Shown: piece by piece, positions 54,992 to 64,000 of the stretch | Layout: each line of letters opens with the position of its first letter | Numbering within the stretch: the stretch's first letter is position 1 | Origin: Candidatus Eiseniibacteriota bacterium | GTDB taxonomy: Bacteria > Eisenbacteria > RBG-16-71-46 > CAVPCR01 | Reading direction: 5' to 3' | Length of the DNA: 64,000 nucleotides | Assembly: GCA_963702435.1 (NCBI GenBank) | Contig: CAVPCR010000002.1 | Span: 96,001-160,000, forward strand | Notes under the pieces: generated by a model | Databases searched by the model: none | Told to the model about the DNA's origin: nothing | Seen by the model: the letters and a program-made list of their open reading frames with translations, nothing else | Program-made: the position numbers and the translations under genes

Positions 54992-55987
54992 CTACCGCCG
55001 CCGCTTGACCACGTGGTCCACCGCCGCCGCGAGCGCGGCGCGGGCATCGGCATCGACCGCGACCGTCGCCAGGATGGCGTGCGCTTCGCGCGCGTAGTGG
55101 GCCGCGCGCTCGAAGCAGTAGTCCACTCCGCCCTTGAGATCGATGAAGGACACGACCTCATCCCACAGCCCGTTGGCCAGCCCCCCGCCGAGAACCACCT
55201 CCGAGATCCGGTTCTGCTCGCGCGGCGAGGCGTTGGCGAGCGCGGCGATGAGGGGCAGCGTGACCCGCCCGCTCTTCAGGTCGGAACCGCGGGCCTTCCC
55301 CATCACCGCTTCCTCGCCGATGAAGTCGAAGAGATCGTCGGTGATCTGGAAAGCGCGGCCGTACGCGCGCCCGAAGCGGGTCCACGACTCGATCTCGTCC
55401 TCGCCGGCGCCGCGCGCGATCGCCCCGATCGCGCAAGCCGCGCTGAACAGGGAGGCCGTCTTCTCGTCGATGACCTCCAGGTACTCGGCTTCGGTGGCGG
55501 CCAGGCGGTTCTTCCGCTCGAGCTGCCGCATCTCGCCGCGGCTCATGACGTGCGCGGTCTCCGCGAGCAGCCCCATCTCGCGGTAGAGGCCCCGTTCGAC
55601 CATCACGGCGAAGGCCTTCGAGTAGACGAAGTCCCCCATGATGATCGAGACCTGATCGGAGTACATCGAGTTGATGGTCGGGAGCCCGCGGCGGAGCATG
55701 CTGCGGTCGATCGAGTCGTCGTGGATGAGGGTCGCCATGTGGATGAGCTCGACCGCCGCGCCGGAGAGGACCGCACGCTCCGCGATCGCACCGCGCTCCC
55801 GCGCCACGAGGAGGAGCAAGGTCGGGCGCACGCGCTTGCCGTTCGCAGCAAGCACGTGCCGCGCCACCTCCGCGGCCAGACCGCCCGCAGTCGCATGGAA
55901 GAAATCGTGGATCAGGCCGTCTACCCGTGCGAGCTCCGTCTCGACGGGGGCCTGAAAGGACAGCTCGACCAATGGCCCTCCCGCCAC
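54992..55987 (-). CDS. Polyprenyl diphosphate synthase
   Basis: GKRVRP, ELIHMATLIHDDSID...RRG, KTASLF, FQITDD. Confidence 0.94.
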   Translation of the reverse strand: MAGGPLVELSFQAPVETELARVDGLIHDFFHATAGGLAAEVARHVLAANGKRVRPTLLLLVARERGAIAERAVLSGAAVELIHMATLIHDDSIDRSMLRRGLPTINSMYSDQVSIIMGDFVYSKAFAVMVERGLYREMGLLAETAHVMSRGEMRQLERKNRLAATEAEYLEVIDEKTASLFSAACAIGAIARGAGEDEIESWTRFGRAYGRAFQITDDLFDFIGEEAVMGKARGSDLKSGRVTLPLIAALANASPREQNRISEVVLGGGLANGLWDEVVSFIDLKGGVDYCFERAAHYAREAHAILATVAVDADARAALAAAVDHVVKRRR

Positions 55988-56343
55988 CGCAACCGATTGC
56001 CAGAACGCCTCTAACAGGGCAGGCTAGCATGGTCCTGAGAGCGGGTCAACGCGCCCGCCGGGGCCTTTGGCGACGGCCAAGCCGAACGGGAGCCCGCGAT
56101 GCCCGGGCGGGCTGCCCGCCACCCGCGTCGAACCGCGGGCGCCGCCTCGAGCCACCCCGCGGGAACGGACGCCGGGCGGCCGGGAGGGTCACCCTAGCCC
56201 GGGACTTCCCTGATGCGCCTGCTGTCCGGATCTGCTAAACTCCCGTGGAGCCTGGGGCCCTGCTGATCGGCAGATGCCCCGAACATCCTTGGATAGCGTC
56301 GGTTACCGACGGTCGGCCGGATGGCCACCTGGGAGGTACAAGC

Positions 56344-56922
56344 ATGCGTCTTGCCGTTTCCATGGTTGTGTGTCTGGTTATCGTTGTCACCGCCGGAATG
56401 GCGCTGGCGAACGTGCCGGACCCGCAGCAGAGCACCTTTGATTCCCGTCTCGGCCGCAGCCCGAAGAACCTCGAAGTGAACGATCCGAACTTCGACTACA
56501 CCTTCTCCGGCACGCTGCGGAACGCCGCGGGCCAGCCGGTAGCCAACTGGCCGGCCAACGACATCGAGCTGGAAATCAATGCTCCGTGCCAGAACCCGGT
56601 GGTCCTCAATCCGAGCGGCGCCTCGGATGCGAACGGCAACGTGCTGTGGAACGCCTCCCGTCTGGATCAGGGCGGCGGCTCGTGCATCGGCACGGCGGTC
56701 GTGGAGATCCGCCTCGTCTCGGTCGGCCTGTTCCGCACCCTGAACTCGGTCACGAGCCCCGATCAGAACGGGAATGCCGTGGTCGCCCTCGAGGACCTGT
56801 CGGTGTTCCAGAGCGCCTTCGTCAGCGGCGGCCCCCAGTATCAGGGTGACCTGAACCTGAGCGGCGGCCTCCCGGACCTGGGCGACCTGTCCTTCTTCCA
56901 GAAGCACTTCGTCGCCCCGTAG
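56344..56922 (+). CDS. Secreted protein with C-terminal dockerin/EF-hand-like repeat (paralog 1)
   Basis: Signal peptide ending AMALA-like GMALA; SPDQNGNAVVALEDLSVF and GDLNLSGG..DLGDLSFF; RBS GGAGG. Confidence 0.8.
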   Translation: MRLAVSMVVCLVIVVTAGMALANVPDPQQSTFDSRLGRSPKNLEVNDPNFDYTFSGTLRNAAGQPVANWPANDIELEINAPCQNPVVLNPSGASDANGNVLWNASRLDQGGGSCIGTAVVEIRLVSVGLFRTLNSVTSPDQNGNAVVALEDLSVFQSAFVSGGPQYQGDLNLSGGLPDLGDLSFFQKHFVAP

Positions 56923-56956
56923 CCGGCCGGATCGGACCCCAGGGTCCACGGGCTCA

Positions 56957-56996
56957 GAGGCGGGTGGCACCACCGGGTGCCACCCGCTTCTTTTTT
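56957..56996 (+). terminator. Intrinsic terminator
   Basis: GAGGCGGGTGGCAC / GTGCCACCCGCTTC stem followed by a T run. Confidence 0.88.
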
Positions 56997-57148
56997 GGGG
57001 GGGCGCCAGCCGGGGCTGGCACCGGCTCCCTCTTTCCTGTAGACTGGGCATGACGGCGAGGGCCCGGATCGAGATCGTCCCGGGCGGTCCCCGCCTCCTA
57101 CAACCTTCGAGGCACGGGTAGGCCGTCGGCCACTCGGGAGGAAGCACG

Positions 57149-57733
57149 ATGCGTCCATCGACCCTCATCTTGACACTAGTTGCCCTCCTGGCTCTGACCG
57201 GGATGGCCTTGGCAAACATCCCTGACTGCGGCCAGAGCTCGATCGACACGCCGGCGAAGCTCGGGAGGAGTCCGAAGAACGTTGAGGTTAACGATCCGCT
57301 CTTCCAGTACACGTTCAAGCTGACCGTCCGCAACGCGGCGGGGACGCCGATTGCGAACTGGGCGGCTGCCGACGTGGCGCTGGAAGTCCTGGCCCCGTGC
57401 CAGAATCCCTTCGCCGGTCTGAACCCGAACGGCGCTTCGGATGCGAACGGCAAGTTCACCTGGGGTCCGACTTCCCTCGATCGTCCAGGCGGCTCCTGCA
57501 CCGGCGCGAACGTGGCGCGAGTGCGGATCATCTCGGCGAACTGCACGTACAACCTGAACTCGGTCACGAGTCCTGACGAGGACGGCGACAACCTGGTGGC
57601 CCTTGCCGATCTCTCGGTCTTCCAGCAGTCGTTCGTCAACCAGAACAATCCGCATCAGGGCGATCTCAACTTCGACGGGGCGATCGCGCTGAGCGACCTC
57701 CAGTACTACCAGCGGCACTTCACCGCTCCGTAG
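57149..57733 (+). CDS. Secreted protein with C-terminal dockerin/EF-hand-like repeat (paralog 2)
   Basis: Shares LGRSPKN.EVNDP.F.YTF, APCQNP, GASDANG and LNSVTSPD with paralog 1. Confidence 0.82.
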   Translation: MRPSTLILTLVALLALTGMALANIPDCGQSSIDTPAKLGRSPKNVEVNDPLFQYTFKLTVRNAAGTPIANWAAADVALEVLAPCQNPFAGLNPNGASDANGKFTWGPTSLDRPGGSCTGANVARVRIISANCTYNLNSVTSPDEDGDNLVALADLSVFQQSFVNQNNPHQGDLNFDGAIALSDLQYYQRHFTAP

Positions 57734-57785
57734 CACGGAGGTCCGTCGCAAGAGCTGGGATCAGACTGCAAGCAAGAAACACGAT

Positions 57786-57824
57786 CGCCGGCGATGTCAT
57801 GAGGACATCGCCGGCGTTTCGTTT
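57786..57824 (+). terminator. Hairpin terminator between convergent genes
   Basis: CGCCGGCGATGTC / GACATCGCCGGCG stem followed by TTTCGTTT. Confidence 0.75.
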
Positions 57825-57876
57825 CCGGGTGCGCCTCTGCTCCGACCCTTTCCCGCAGCGCGGAGCCCGGCGCTAG

Positions 57877-59295
57877 CTAGAGCGTGCTCGGCGCCCCGCT
57901 CGGGAGCGTGCCCGCATAGCTGTCGAGCGCGGCGGTGGCCACCGCCTCCCCGGGAGCGATCCGCGTTACGAGCGCGAGGAGACGCCCGCACTCGCCGGCA
58001 TAGGCGAGACGGCTGCCCGCGGGCACGGGCGGCCCCGGCGGCAGGGTGAGCTTCATCGGATCGAGGAAGCGGCCGCGATGCTTGACGCGGAAGTCGAGGT
58101 GCGGCCCGGTGGCCGAGCCGCTCATGCCCACGCCGCCGATGAGCTGCCCCTGCTCGACGCGGGCGCCGCGCCTGATGCCGCGGGCGACGCGCTGCAGGTG
58201 GAGGTAGTACGTCTCGTAGCCGTTCGAGTGCTTGACGATCACGAGATTGCCGTTCGCACCCTTGTAGCCGGCGAAGGTGACGGTGCCGGCGCCCACGGCG
58301 ACCACGGGCGTGCCCGCGGGAGCTGCGAAGTCGACGCCGAGATGCGCGTGGTACGTGCGCCGGATCGGATGCAGGCGGCGATGCGAGAAGTGCGATGACA
58401 CGCGGCGGTAGTTGAGCGGCGAGCGCAGGAGCGCCTTCTTGAGCGAGGACCCGGCGGCGTCGTAGTAATCGGCGCGGCCGTCCGGCAGCAGGAAGCGATA
58501 CGCCGTCTGCCGCGCCCGCTCTCCCTCGTAGCGCGCGAGGAGGATGGTCGACGCGCCGACCGGCTCGCCCTCCGCCCAGGTCTCCTCGACCAGCACATCG
58601 AAGCGATCGCCGGGACGGGGGTCGGTGAGGAAGTCGACGTCGTAGGCGAGGAGATCGGCTACCCGGGCCACGGTCTCCCCATCCCCACCCGCGCCGAGCA
58701 TGGCGTCGTAGAGCGAGGTCTCGACCTCGCCCGCGAGGCGGCGGATGCGCGACTCGGTGCGCACCGGAATGCGGCGCGCGACGAGCGTACCGCTCGCCGA
58801 GCGCACCGCCTCGTAGCGCTCGGCCTTGCTCCGCACGAGCTCGACGCGGGCGACATCTCCCGGGCTCGTCACCTCGACCAGAAGCCGGTCCTCGGGCCGG
58901 AGCCGGCGGAGATCGAGTACGCCGGCGAGCGCATGCACCCAGGGATCTACCGCGGAAGCCGGGAGCCCGGCCACCTGGGCCAGGGCATGGGCGAGCGACC
59001 CGCGGTTGCCGATCACCCGCTCGAGCCGGGAGACCGACGCGGGCGCCGAGCGCTCTCCCGCTTCGAGGAGCCGCAGGCGACCCACGCCCGCCTGGCGGGC
59101 ATCGGGGCCTTTCTGGCAGGCGAGGAGAACAAGCAGGCCCGCGAGAAGGCAGGCGCCGGCGCGCCGGCCGGACGGCGGCCGGAGCGCATGGGGTGGGGAC
59201 AGCGGTGACGTGGCCGGCAAGCGGGCGCCTCCTCTCAAGCGATGCCGCACGGGCGCGGCAGGGATTGTCGGGCGGCGGCGCTTGCGGTGATCCAC
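57877..59295 (-). CDS. M23-family peptidoglycan endopeptidase (MepM-like); start uncertain
   Basis: RVSSHF, HLGVDFAA, YLHL, GSATGPHLDF. Confidence 0.92.
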   Translation of the reverse strand: MDHRKRRRPTIPAAPVRHRLRGGARLPATSPLSPPHALRPPSGRRAGACLLAGLLVLLACQKGPDARQAGVGRLRLLEAGERSAPASVSRLERVIGNRGSLAHALAQVAGLPASAVDPWVHALAGVLDLRRLRPEDRLLVEVTSPGDVARVELVRSKAERYEAVRSASGTLVARRIPVRTESRIRRLAGEVETSLYDAMLGAGGDGETVARVADLLAYDVDFLTDPRPGDRFDVLVEETWAEGEPVGASTILLARYEGERARQTAYRFLLPDGRADYYDAAGSSLKKALLRSPLNYRRVSSHFSHRRLHPIRRTYHAHLGVDFAAPAGTPVVAVGAGTVTFAGYKGANGNLVIVKHSNGYETYYLHLQRVARGIRRGARVEQGQLIGGVGMSGSATGPHLDFRVKHRGRFLDPMKLTLPPGPPVPAGSRLAYAGECGRLLALVTRIAPGEAVATAALDSYAGTLPSGAPSTL

Positions 59296-59319
59296 ACCAG
59301 GCGCCGCGACAGGGCCGTC

Positions 59320-60777
59320 TCAGGCGGGGCCGCCCCGCTCTCCTGGGCCGGACTCCCCGGGGCTCCGGGGACCAGGGTCCCCGCCGCCCCGCGCCGCCCG
59401 GACCAGGAAGGCCAGGAGCTCTTCGCGCGTGTTGAGTCGAGGCTCGTCTAGCACGGCCTCGGCGAGGACCGCAAGCCATTTCCCCACCGCGGGCCCGGGG
59501 CCGATGCCGAGGGCGGCCATCACCCCGGCCCCGTCCAGGGCGAGCCGCGGCGGCAGCTCGACCTCGCGCGCCGCGAGGATCCCGGCCACCCGCGCCGCGA
59601 GCGCGGAGAGCCCCGCCGGTTCCTCGACCAGTCGTCCGGAAGCCGCCGAATCGGCGATCCGGAGCGCGAAGAGGTCCGGGATCGCCTCCTCCCCCACGCG
59701 CCGGATGAACCGCCGCACGGCGGCATTCGACCACTCCTCCGTGTACAGGAAGAGATGGTGGCGGACGAGATGCACCGCGGCCGTGCGCTCGCTGTTCGGG
59801 AAGCGCAATCGCCTCAGGATGTCATCGGCCATCTCCGCACCGATCTTGTCGTGGTCGTAGAAGGTGGCCTCGCCGTCCCGGAGGGCGCGGGTGTGCGGCT
59901 TGGCCACGTCGTGGAAGAGGGCGGCGAGGCGCACCGCCGGGCGCGCCGGAGCGCGGTCCACGGTGAAGAGCGTGTGGGTGAAGACGTCGTAGCGGTGGAA
60001 GCGATTCTGCGCGACCCCCACTCCCGCCACGAGCTCGGGCACGAGGTGGGTGAGAAGACCCGACCCGCTGAGGGCCCGGAGCCCGCGGGACGGGCGCTCG
60101 CCCTCGAGGAGGAGCCGGAGCTCCTTGGCGATCCGCTCGGTCGCCACCTGGGTGATGAGGGCGGCGCGCGCCCCCATCGCGGCGCGGGTGGCCGGCTCGA
60201 TCGTGTAGCCGAGCTGGGCGGCGAAGCGCGCCGCCCGCAGGAGCCGGAGCGCGTCCTCCGCGAACCGCTGCGCCGGATCTCCCACTGCCCGCACGATCCC
60301 CGCGGCGATGTCGCGCGCGCCGCCTTCGGGATCGATGAGCTCGCCCGTGGCGAGATCGAGGGCGAGCGCGTTGATCGTGAAGTCGCGCCGGCCCAGGTCG
60401 CGCTCGATCGAATCGGTGAACTCGACCGCGTCGGGCCGCCGCAGGTCCGAGTACGCGCCGTCGGCGCGCAGCGTCGTCACCTCGTACGCGTCGACGCGGC
60501 CGGCCGCGTCGACGCCGGCCGCGGCGCCGGCGAGCACCGTCATGGTGCCGTGCTTCTCGCCGGTGGCGAGAACGCGGGGGAAGAGCCGGCGCACCTCGGC
60601 GGGGCGGGCGCTCGTCGCCAGATCCCAGTCGGCCGGCACGCGGCCGGCGATGAGATCGCGGAGCGATCCGCCGACGAGATACGCCGAGTGGCCGGCGGCG
60701 ATGAGCGTCGCCGCCACCGCGCGGAGCGGCGGCGGGATCCGCTCCTCCCAGCCGCCGAGCAGATGGTCCTCCGACAT
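59320..60777 (-). CDS. CCA tRNA nucleotidyltransferase with HD domain
   Basis: VGGSLRD, DWDLAT, RRDFTINA, EDALRLLRAARF, LFHDVAKP. Confidence 0.93.
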   Translation of the reverse strand: MSEDHLLGGWEERIPPPLRAVAATLIAAGHSAYLVGGSLRDLIAGRVPADWDLATSARPAEVRRLFPRVLATGEKHGTMTVLAGAAAGVDAAGRVDAYEVTTLRADGAYSDLRRPDAVEFTDSIERDLGRRDFTINALALDLATGELIDPEGGARDIAAGIVRAVGDPAQRFAEDALRLLRAARFAAQLGYTIEPATRAAMGARAALITQVATERIAKELRLLLEGERPSRGLRALSGSGLLTHLVPELVAGVGVAQNRFHRYDVFTHTLFTVDRAPARPAVRLAALFHDVAKPHTRALRDGEATFYDHDKIGAEMADDILRRLRFPNSERTAAVHLVRHHLFLYTEEWSNAAVRRFIRRVGEEAIPDLFALRIADSAASGRLVEEPAGLSALAARVAGILAAREVELPPRLALDGAGVMAALGIGPGPAVGKWLAVLAEAVLDEPRLNTREELLAFLVRAARGGGDPGPRSPGESGPGERGGPA

Positions 60778-60789
60778 GCGGTGGCCCTT

Positions 60790-61602
60790 TCAGGCGGCCG
60801 GCACGGCGGCCCCCGGCGCCGGCACGACGATCGCTTCGGCGCCGGCGCGCACCTCGATGCGCATGAGATCGTGAGCGCGCACGATCGGCCCCGCGTAGTA
60901 CCGCCGGCACTGGCCCTCGAGATCGGCGCGATCGCACTCCGGGTAGAGATGGCTCAGGACGACCATCCGCGCCCGGCCCGCCCGGGCCAGCGCGCCGACC
61001 AGCCCCGGCGTCAGGTGGCCCTCGACCTTCGCCTCGTCGGGTGTCGAGCAGTCGGCGATCAGGACGTCGCAATCACGCGCCAGCTCGCTCACCGCCGGCG
61101 TCTCGTCGGTATCCCCGGTGTACGCGAGGACCGCGCCGTCGCGCGCCGTGATCCGGTAGCCCACCGCCGCCACCGAGTGGCGGAGCGGCACCGCGGCGAT
61201 CCCGACGCCGCCCCGGTCGACCTCGCTCTCCCACAGCTCGTGCACGTGCACCGCGTAGGAGCCGCCCCCGATCCAGCGCTCGACGGCGGCGGTCCATCGC
61301 TCGTAGAAGGACGCGAAACCGCGCGGCCCGTGCACGTGGAGGTCGCGCTCGCGGGTGAAGCCCGGCGTGTGGCGCTGCGCGAAGAGGAAAGGCACGAGGT
61401 CGGCGGTGTGGTCGGGATGGATGTGCGTGTAGAAGAGATGGTCGATCTGCCGGTAGTCGAGCCGCGCCTCGGCCAGGCGGCGGAGCGTCCCGGTGCCGCC
61501 GTCGAGGAGGAAGGTCATCCCGTCCGCCTCGACCGCATACCCGGCCGGACCGCGGATGCCGGTCGGGACGAGAGTGCCCGAGCCGAGGATGGTGACGCGC
61601 AT
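60790..61602 (-). CDS. MBL-fold hydrolase (RNase Z-like)
   Basis: LDGGTG, THIHPDH, YTGDT, GHL, LSHLYP. Confidence 0.88.
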   Translation of the reverse strand: MRVTILGSGTLVPTGIRGPAGYAVEADGMTFLLDGGTGTLRRLAEARLDYRQIDHLFYTHIHPDHTADLVPFLFAQRHTPGFTRERDLHVHGPRGFASFYERWTAAVERWIGGGSYAVHVHELWESEVDRGGVGIAAVPLRHSVAAVGYRITARDGAVLAYTGDTDETPAVSELARDCDVLIADCSTPDEAKVEGHLTPGLVGALARAGRARMVVLSHLYPECDRADLEGQCRRYYAGPIVRAHDLMRIEVRAGAEAIVVPAPGAAVPAA

Positions 61603-61626
61603 TCGACGAAACTCCCTGGGCAACGC

Positions 61627-62580
61627 TCAGTGGTTGTGCTCGGTGAGGCAGACGGTCGCCGCGTCCAGCGCGCAGGTCGCGCTCTCCGGCTGGATCGTGG
61701 TGTGGACGATCTGGAAGCGCTCGGCAAGCATGCGCCCCACCTGGTCCACGATCCGCCGCGCTTCGGTCGTCGACTGCTCGCGGACGACGACGTGCGCCGA
61801 GAGCGCCACGTACTCCGAGCACAGGCTCCAGATGTGGAGATCGTGCACGCCGCGGACTCCCTCGACCGCGGTGATCGCGCGCTCGACCTCGGCGAGCTCG
61901 ACGCCGCGGGGCGTGCCCTCGAGGAGGATATGGGTGGCCTCGGCGATGAGCCCGTAGGCGCCGCGCAGGAGGATGACCACGACGAGGAGCGAGAGGATCG
62001 GGTCGAGGAGGTAGAACCCGGTCGCCCACATCACGATCCCGCCGATGACGACGGCGACCGAGGCGAGCAGGTCCCCGATCACGTGCAGGAGGGCGCTCCG
62101 CGCGTTCAGGTTCCCGCCGGTGTGCCCGCGCAGGAGGAGGATGATCGCCACGTTGGCGAGGAGCCCGATCGCCGCCACCGCCGCCATCGGACCCGAGTGC
62201 ACGGCGACCGGTGCGCGGAGCCGCTCGACGGCCTCGAGCACGATCCAGATCGAGATGGCCACCAGGCTCAAGCCGTTCAGGAGCGCGGCGAACACCTCGG
62301 CCCGATGATAGCCGTAGGTGCGCGCCGGGTCGGGCGGCACCCGGGCGAGCGACAGCGCATACGCCGAGATCGCAAGCGCGAAGAGATCGGCGAACACGTG
62401 CCCCGCATCGGAGAGGAGAGCGAGGCTTTGCGTGAGGAGGCCGCCCGCCACCTCGGCCACGAGGATCGCCGCCGTGATGGCGCAGGCGATGCGCAGCCGG
62501 TACGCAAGGACGCCCGCTCCCGCTTGCCGGTCCGCTCCCGCGTGATGGCCCGCTCCCGCGTGATGGCCCGCCGCGCTCAT
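61627..62580 (-). CDS. Cation diffusion facilitator (ZitB/CzcD-like)
   Basis: His-rich N-terminus, SLALLSDAGH, TYGYHRAE, LHVIGD, VHDLHIWSL, HTTIQPE. Confidence 0.93.
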   Translation of the reverse strand: MSAAGHHAGAGHHAGADRQAGAGVLAYRLRIACAITAAILVAEVAGGLLTQSLALLSDAGHVFADLFALAISAYALSLARVPPDPARTYGYHRAEVFAALLNGLSLVAISIWIVLEAVERLRAPVAVHSGPMAAVAAIGLLANVAIILLLRGHTGGNLNARSALLHVIGDLLASVAVVIGGIVMWATGFYLLDPILSLLVVVILLRGAYGLIAEATHILLEGTPRGVELAEVERAITAVEGVRGVHDLHIWSLCSEYVALSAHVVVREQSTTEARRIVDQVGRMLAERFQIVHTTIQPESATCALDAATVCLTEHNH

Positions 62581-63647
62581 GCCGGCCTCGGGGCCGGGGC
62601 GGGTACAGCCGCCGCCTGCTCGAACACGGGCTCGGTGAGCTCGACGCCGAGGCCCGGCCGCGGGGCGGGGAGCACGCGACCCGCGACGAGCGCGAGCCCC
62701 GCCGCCGGATCGCGGGCGAGGAGGAGGTGCCCGTCCAGATCCACCCAGTCGACGAGCGGCGCGAGGTGGGCGGCGGCGGCGATGCCGATCGAGGTCTCGA
62801 CCATGCAGCCGAGCATGATGCGGAGCCCGTGGGCGCGCGCCGTCTGGATCATGGCGAGCGCGGGGCGGATGCCGCCCGCCTTCGCGAGCTTGACGTTCAC
62901 CCCGTCGGCCATCCCGGCGAGTCGTGGGATGTCGGCGGCGGTGAGCGCCGGCTCGTCGGCGATGATCGGGAGGCGCGACGCATCGCGCACGCGGGCGAGC
63001 CCGAGGAGATCCGCGGCCGGCACCGGCTGCTCGACGAGTTCGACGCCCGCCGCGCCGAGCGTGGAGAGGCGCTCGATCGCCTCCGGCGCCGACCAGCCGC
63101 CGTTGGCGTCGACGCGGAGCGGCTTCGCGGTCGCCGCCCGCACCTGGGCCAGCCGCTCCATGTCGGCGGGATCGCCCATCTTCACCTTGAGCACGCGGAA
63201 GCGTTCCCCGGCCGCGATCGCCGCGGCCGCTTCCGCGGGCGACACGATGGGCACCGTGTACGAGCTCGGCGGCGTCATCGCCGGATCGAGCCCGAAGAGC
63301 GCGAAGAGCGGAAGCCCCGCCCGCTTCCCCATCCAGTCGTGGCAGGCGATGTCGATTGCCGCCTTGGCCGCGCGATGCCCGGCGAGCGCCGCCTCCATCG
63401 CGGCGTGCACCGCTTCGACCTGGAGGGGGCTCGCGACCGTCTCGACCGCCGGGACCAGGGTCGCGAGCGCCGCGAGGACCGTGGCCGCCGTCTCCCCGTG
63501 GTAGGGGCTGGGCGCCGCTTCGCCCAGGCCGCAGAGACCCTCGTGCTCGATCTCGACGAGCACGTTGCGGTGGCGGCTGCCGCCGCCGTGGGCGGTGACG
63601 AAGGGAAGCGCTGTCTCGAGCTCGACCGCCGCCACCCGGATCTTCAT
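62577..63647 (-). CDS. Dipeptide (L-Ala-D/L-Glu) epimerase, enolase superfamily
   Basis: GLGEAAP, LKVKMG, VDANGGW, VEQP, ADE, NVKLAK, GCMVET, DLDG. Confidence 0.92.
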   Translation of the reverse strand: MKIRVAAVELETALPFVTAHGGGSRHRNVLVEIEHEGLCGLGEAAPSPYHGETAATVLAALATLVPAVETVASPLQVEAVHAAMEAALAGHRAAKAAIDIACHDWMGKRAGLPLFALFGLDPAMTPPSSYTVPIVSPAEAAAAIAAGERFRVLKVKMGDPADMERLAQVRAATAKPLRVDANGGWSAPEAIERLSTLGAAGVELVEQPVPAADLLGLARVRDASRLPIIADEPALTAADIPRLAGMADGVNVKLAKAGGIRPALAMIQTARAHGLRIMLGCMVETSIGIAAAAHLAPLVDWVDLDGHLLLARDPAAGLALVAGRVLPAPRPGLGVELTEPVFEQAAAVPAPAPRPA

Positions 63648-64000
63648 CTGGTCTCCTCGCCGCTCGCCTCGGCCGCGCTCTGCTCGATGCGGCGGAGCGC
63701 CGCCACGAGCGGCGCCGCATCCACGAGCGGATCCACGGCCGGAAGGCCGGTCTCCGCGCGGACCCGCGCCGCGACCTCGGCGAGCGCACCGGGCGCCGCG
63801 CCGTGTCCGTTCAGCGCGAAACCCGCCACCGGCGCCGATCTGACCCAGCGCGCCGCCTCCTCATGGAGGCGCACGAGCTCGCCGGGACCAGGGAGCGGGA
63901 TCTCGTAGCCCTCGATGCGCGTCCGCCCGACATGATGACAGACGATCATCGCATCCGGGCGGGCTCCGTGCAAAAGGCCGAGCGTCACCCCGGAATAGGC
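63644..64000 (-). CDS. DUF1611-family protein, 3' part
   Basis: AYSGVTLGLLHGARPDAMIVCH, ETGLPAVDP; usual neighbour of dipeptide epimerases. Confidence 0.8.
   Translation of the reverse strand, partial: AYSGVTLGLLHGARPDAMIVCHHVGRTRIEGYEIPLPGPGELVRLHEEAARWVRSAPVAGFALNGHGAAPGALAEVAARVRAETGLPAVDPLVDAAPLVAALRRIEQSAAEASGEETR

Noticed and set aside
59755..63504. Very long plus-strand ORF (1249 aa) and similar antisense ORFs
   Set aside because: Shadow frames of well-supported minus-strand genes in GC-rich DNA; no recognisable motifs.

Overview
GC-rich bacterial chromosomal DNA. FCB-type SecA, FlgD/T9SS-like C-terminal domains and dockerin-like secreted proteins suggest an Eisenbacteria/Krumholzibacteria/Latescibacteria-like lineage (inference only). 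Frameshifting indels are frequent in roughly 1-30.6 kb, including in secA and guaA, and none were seen afterwards, so most broken ORFs in the left half are probably assembly errors. The core content is secA, guaA-purH-purC-purN, efp, comEC, pabB/pabC-like genes, argS, rsfS, a polyprenyl synthetase, a CCA enzyme, an M23 peptidase, a CDF transporter and a dipeptide epimerase. The highlight is a ~12.6-kb accessory segment bounded by a ~210-bp direct repeat of a lysR 3' end (6354-6564 and 19142-19356). It carries (i) a coupled alpha/beta-hydrolase plus caspase-STAND-TPR (NLR-like) gene pair whose sensor is 16 near-identical 135-bp repeats with shuffled variable codons, and (ii) a PilZ-multiGAF histidine kinase plus a REC-nucleotide cyclase, bracketed by inverted IS91-like remnants. 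Next to it lies a LysR-linked LeuB/HMGL/CaiB/LeuCD operon of unknown substrate. Also notable are an ECF sigma/kinase-STAND pair separated by a 19-bp tandem repeat, an STT3-like glycosyltransferase with a deviant WWDxG motif, and an unexplained repeat cluster at 5.8-6.1 kb.
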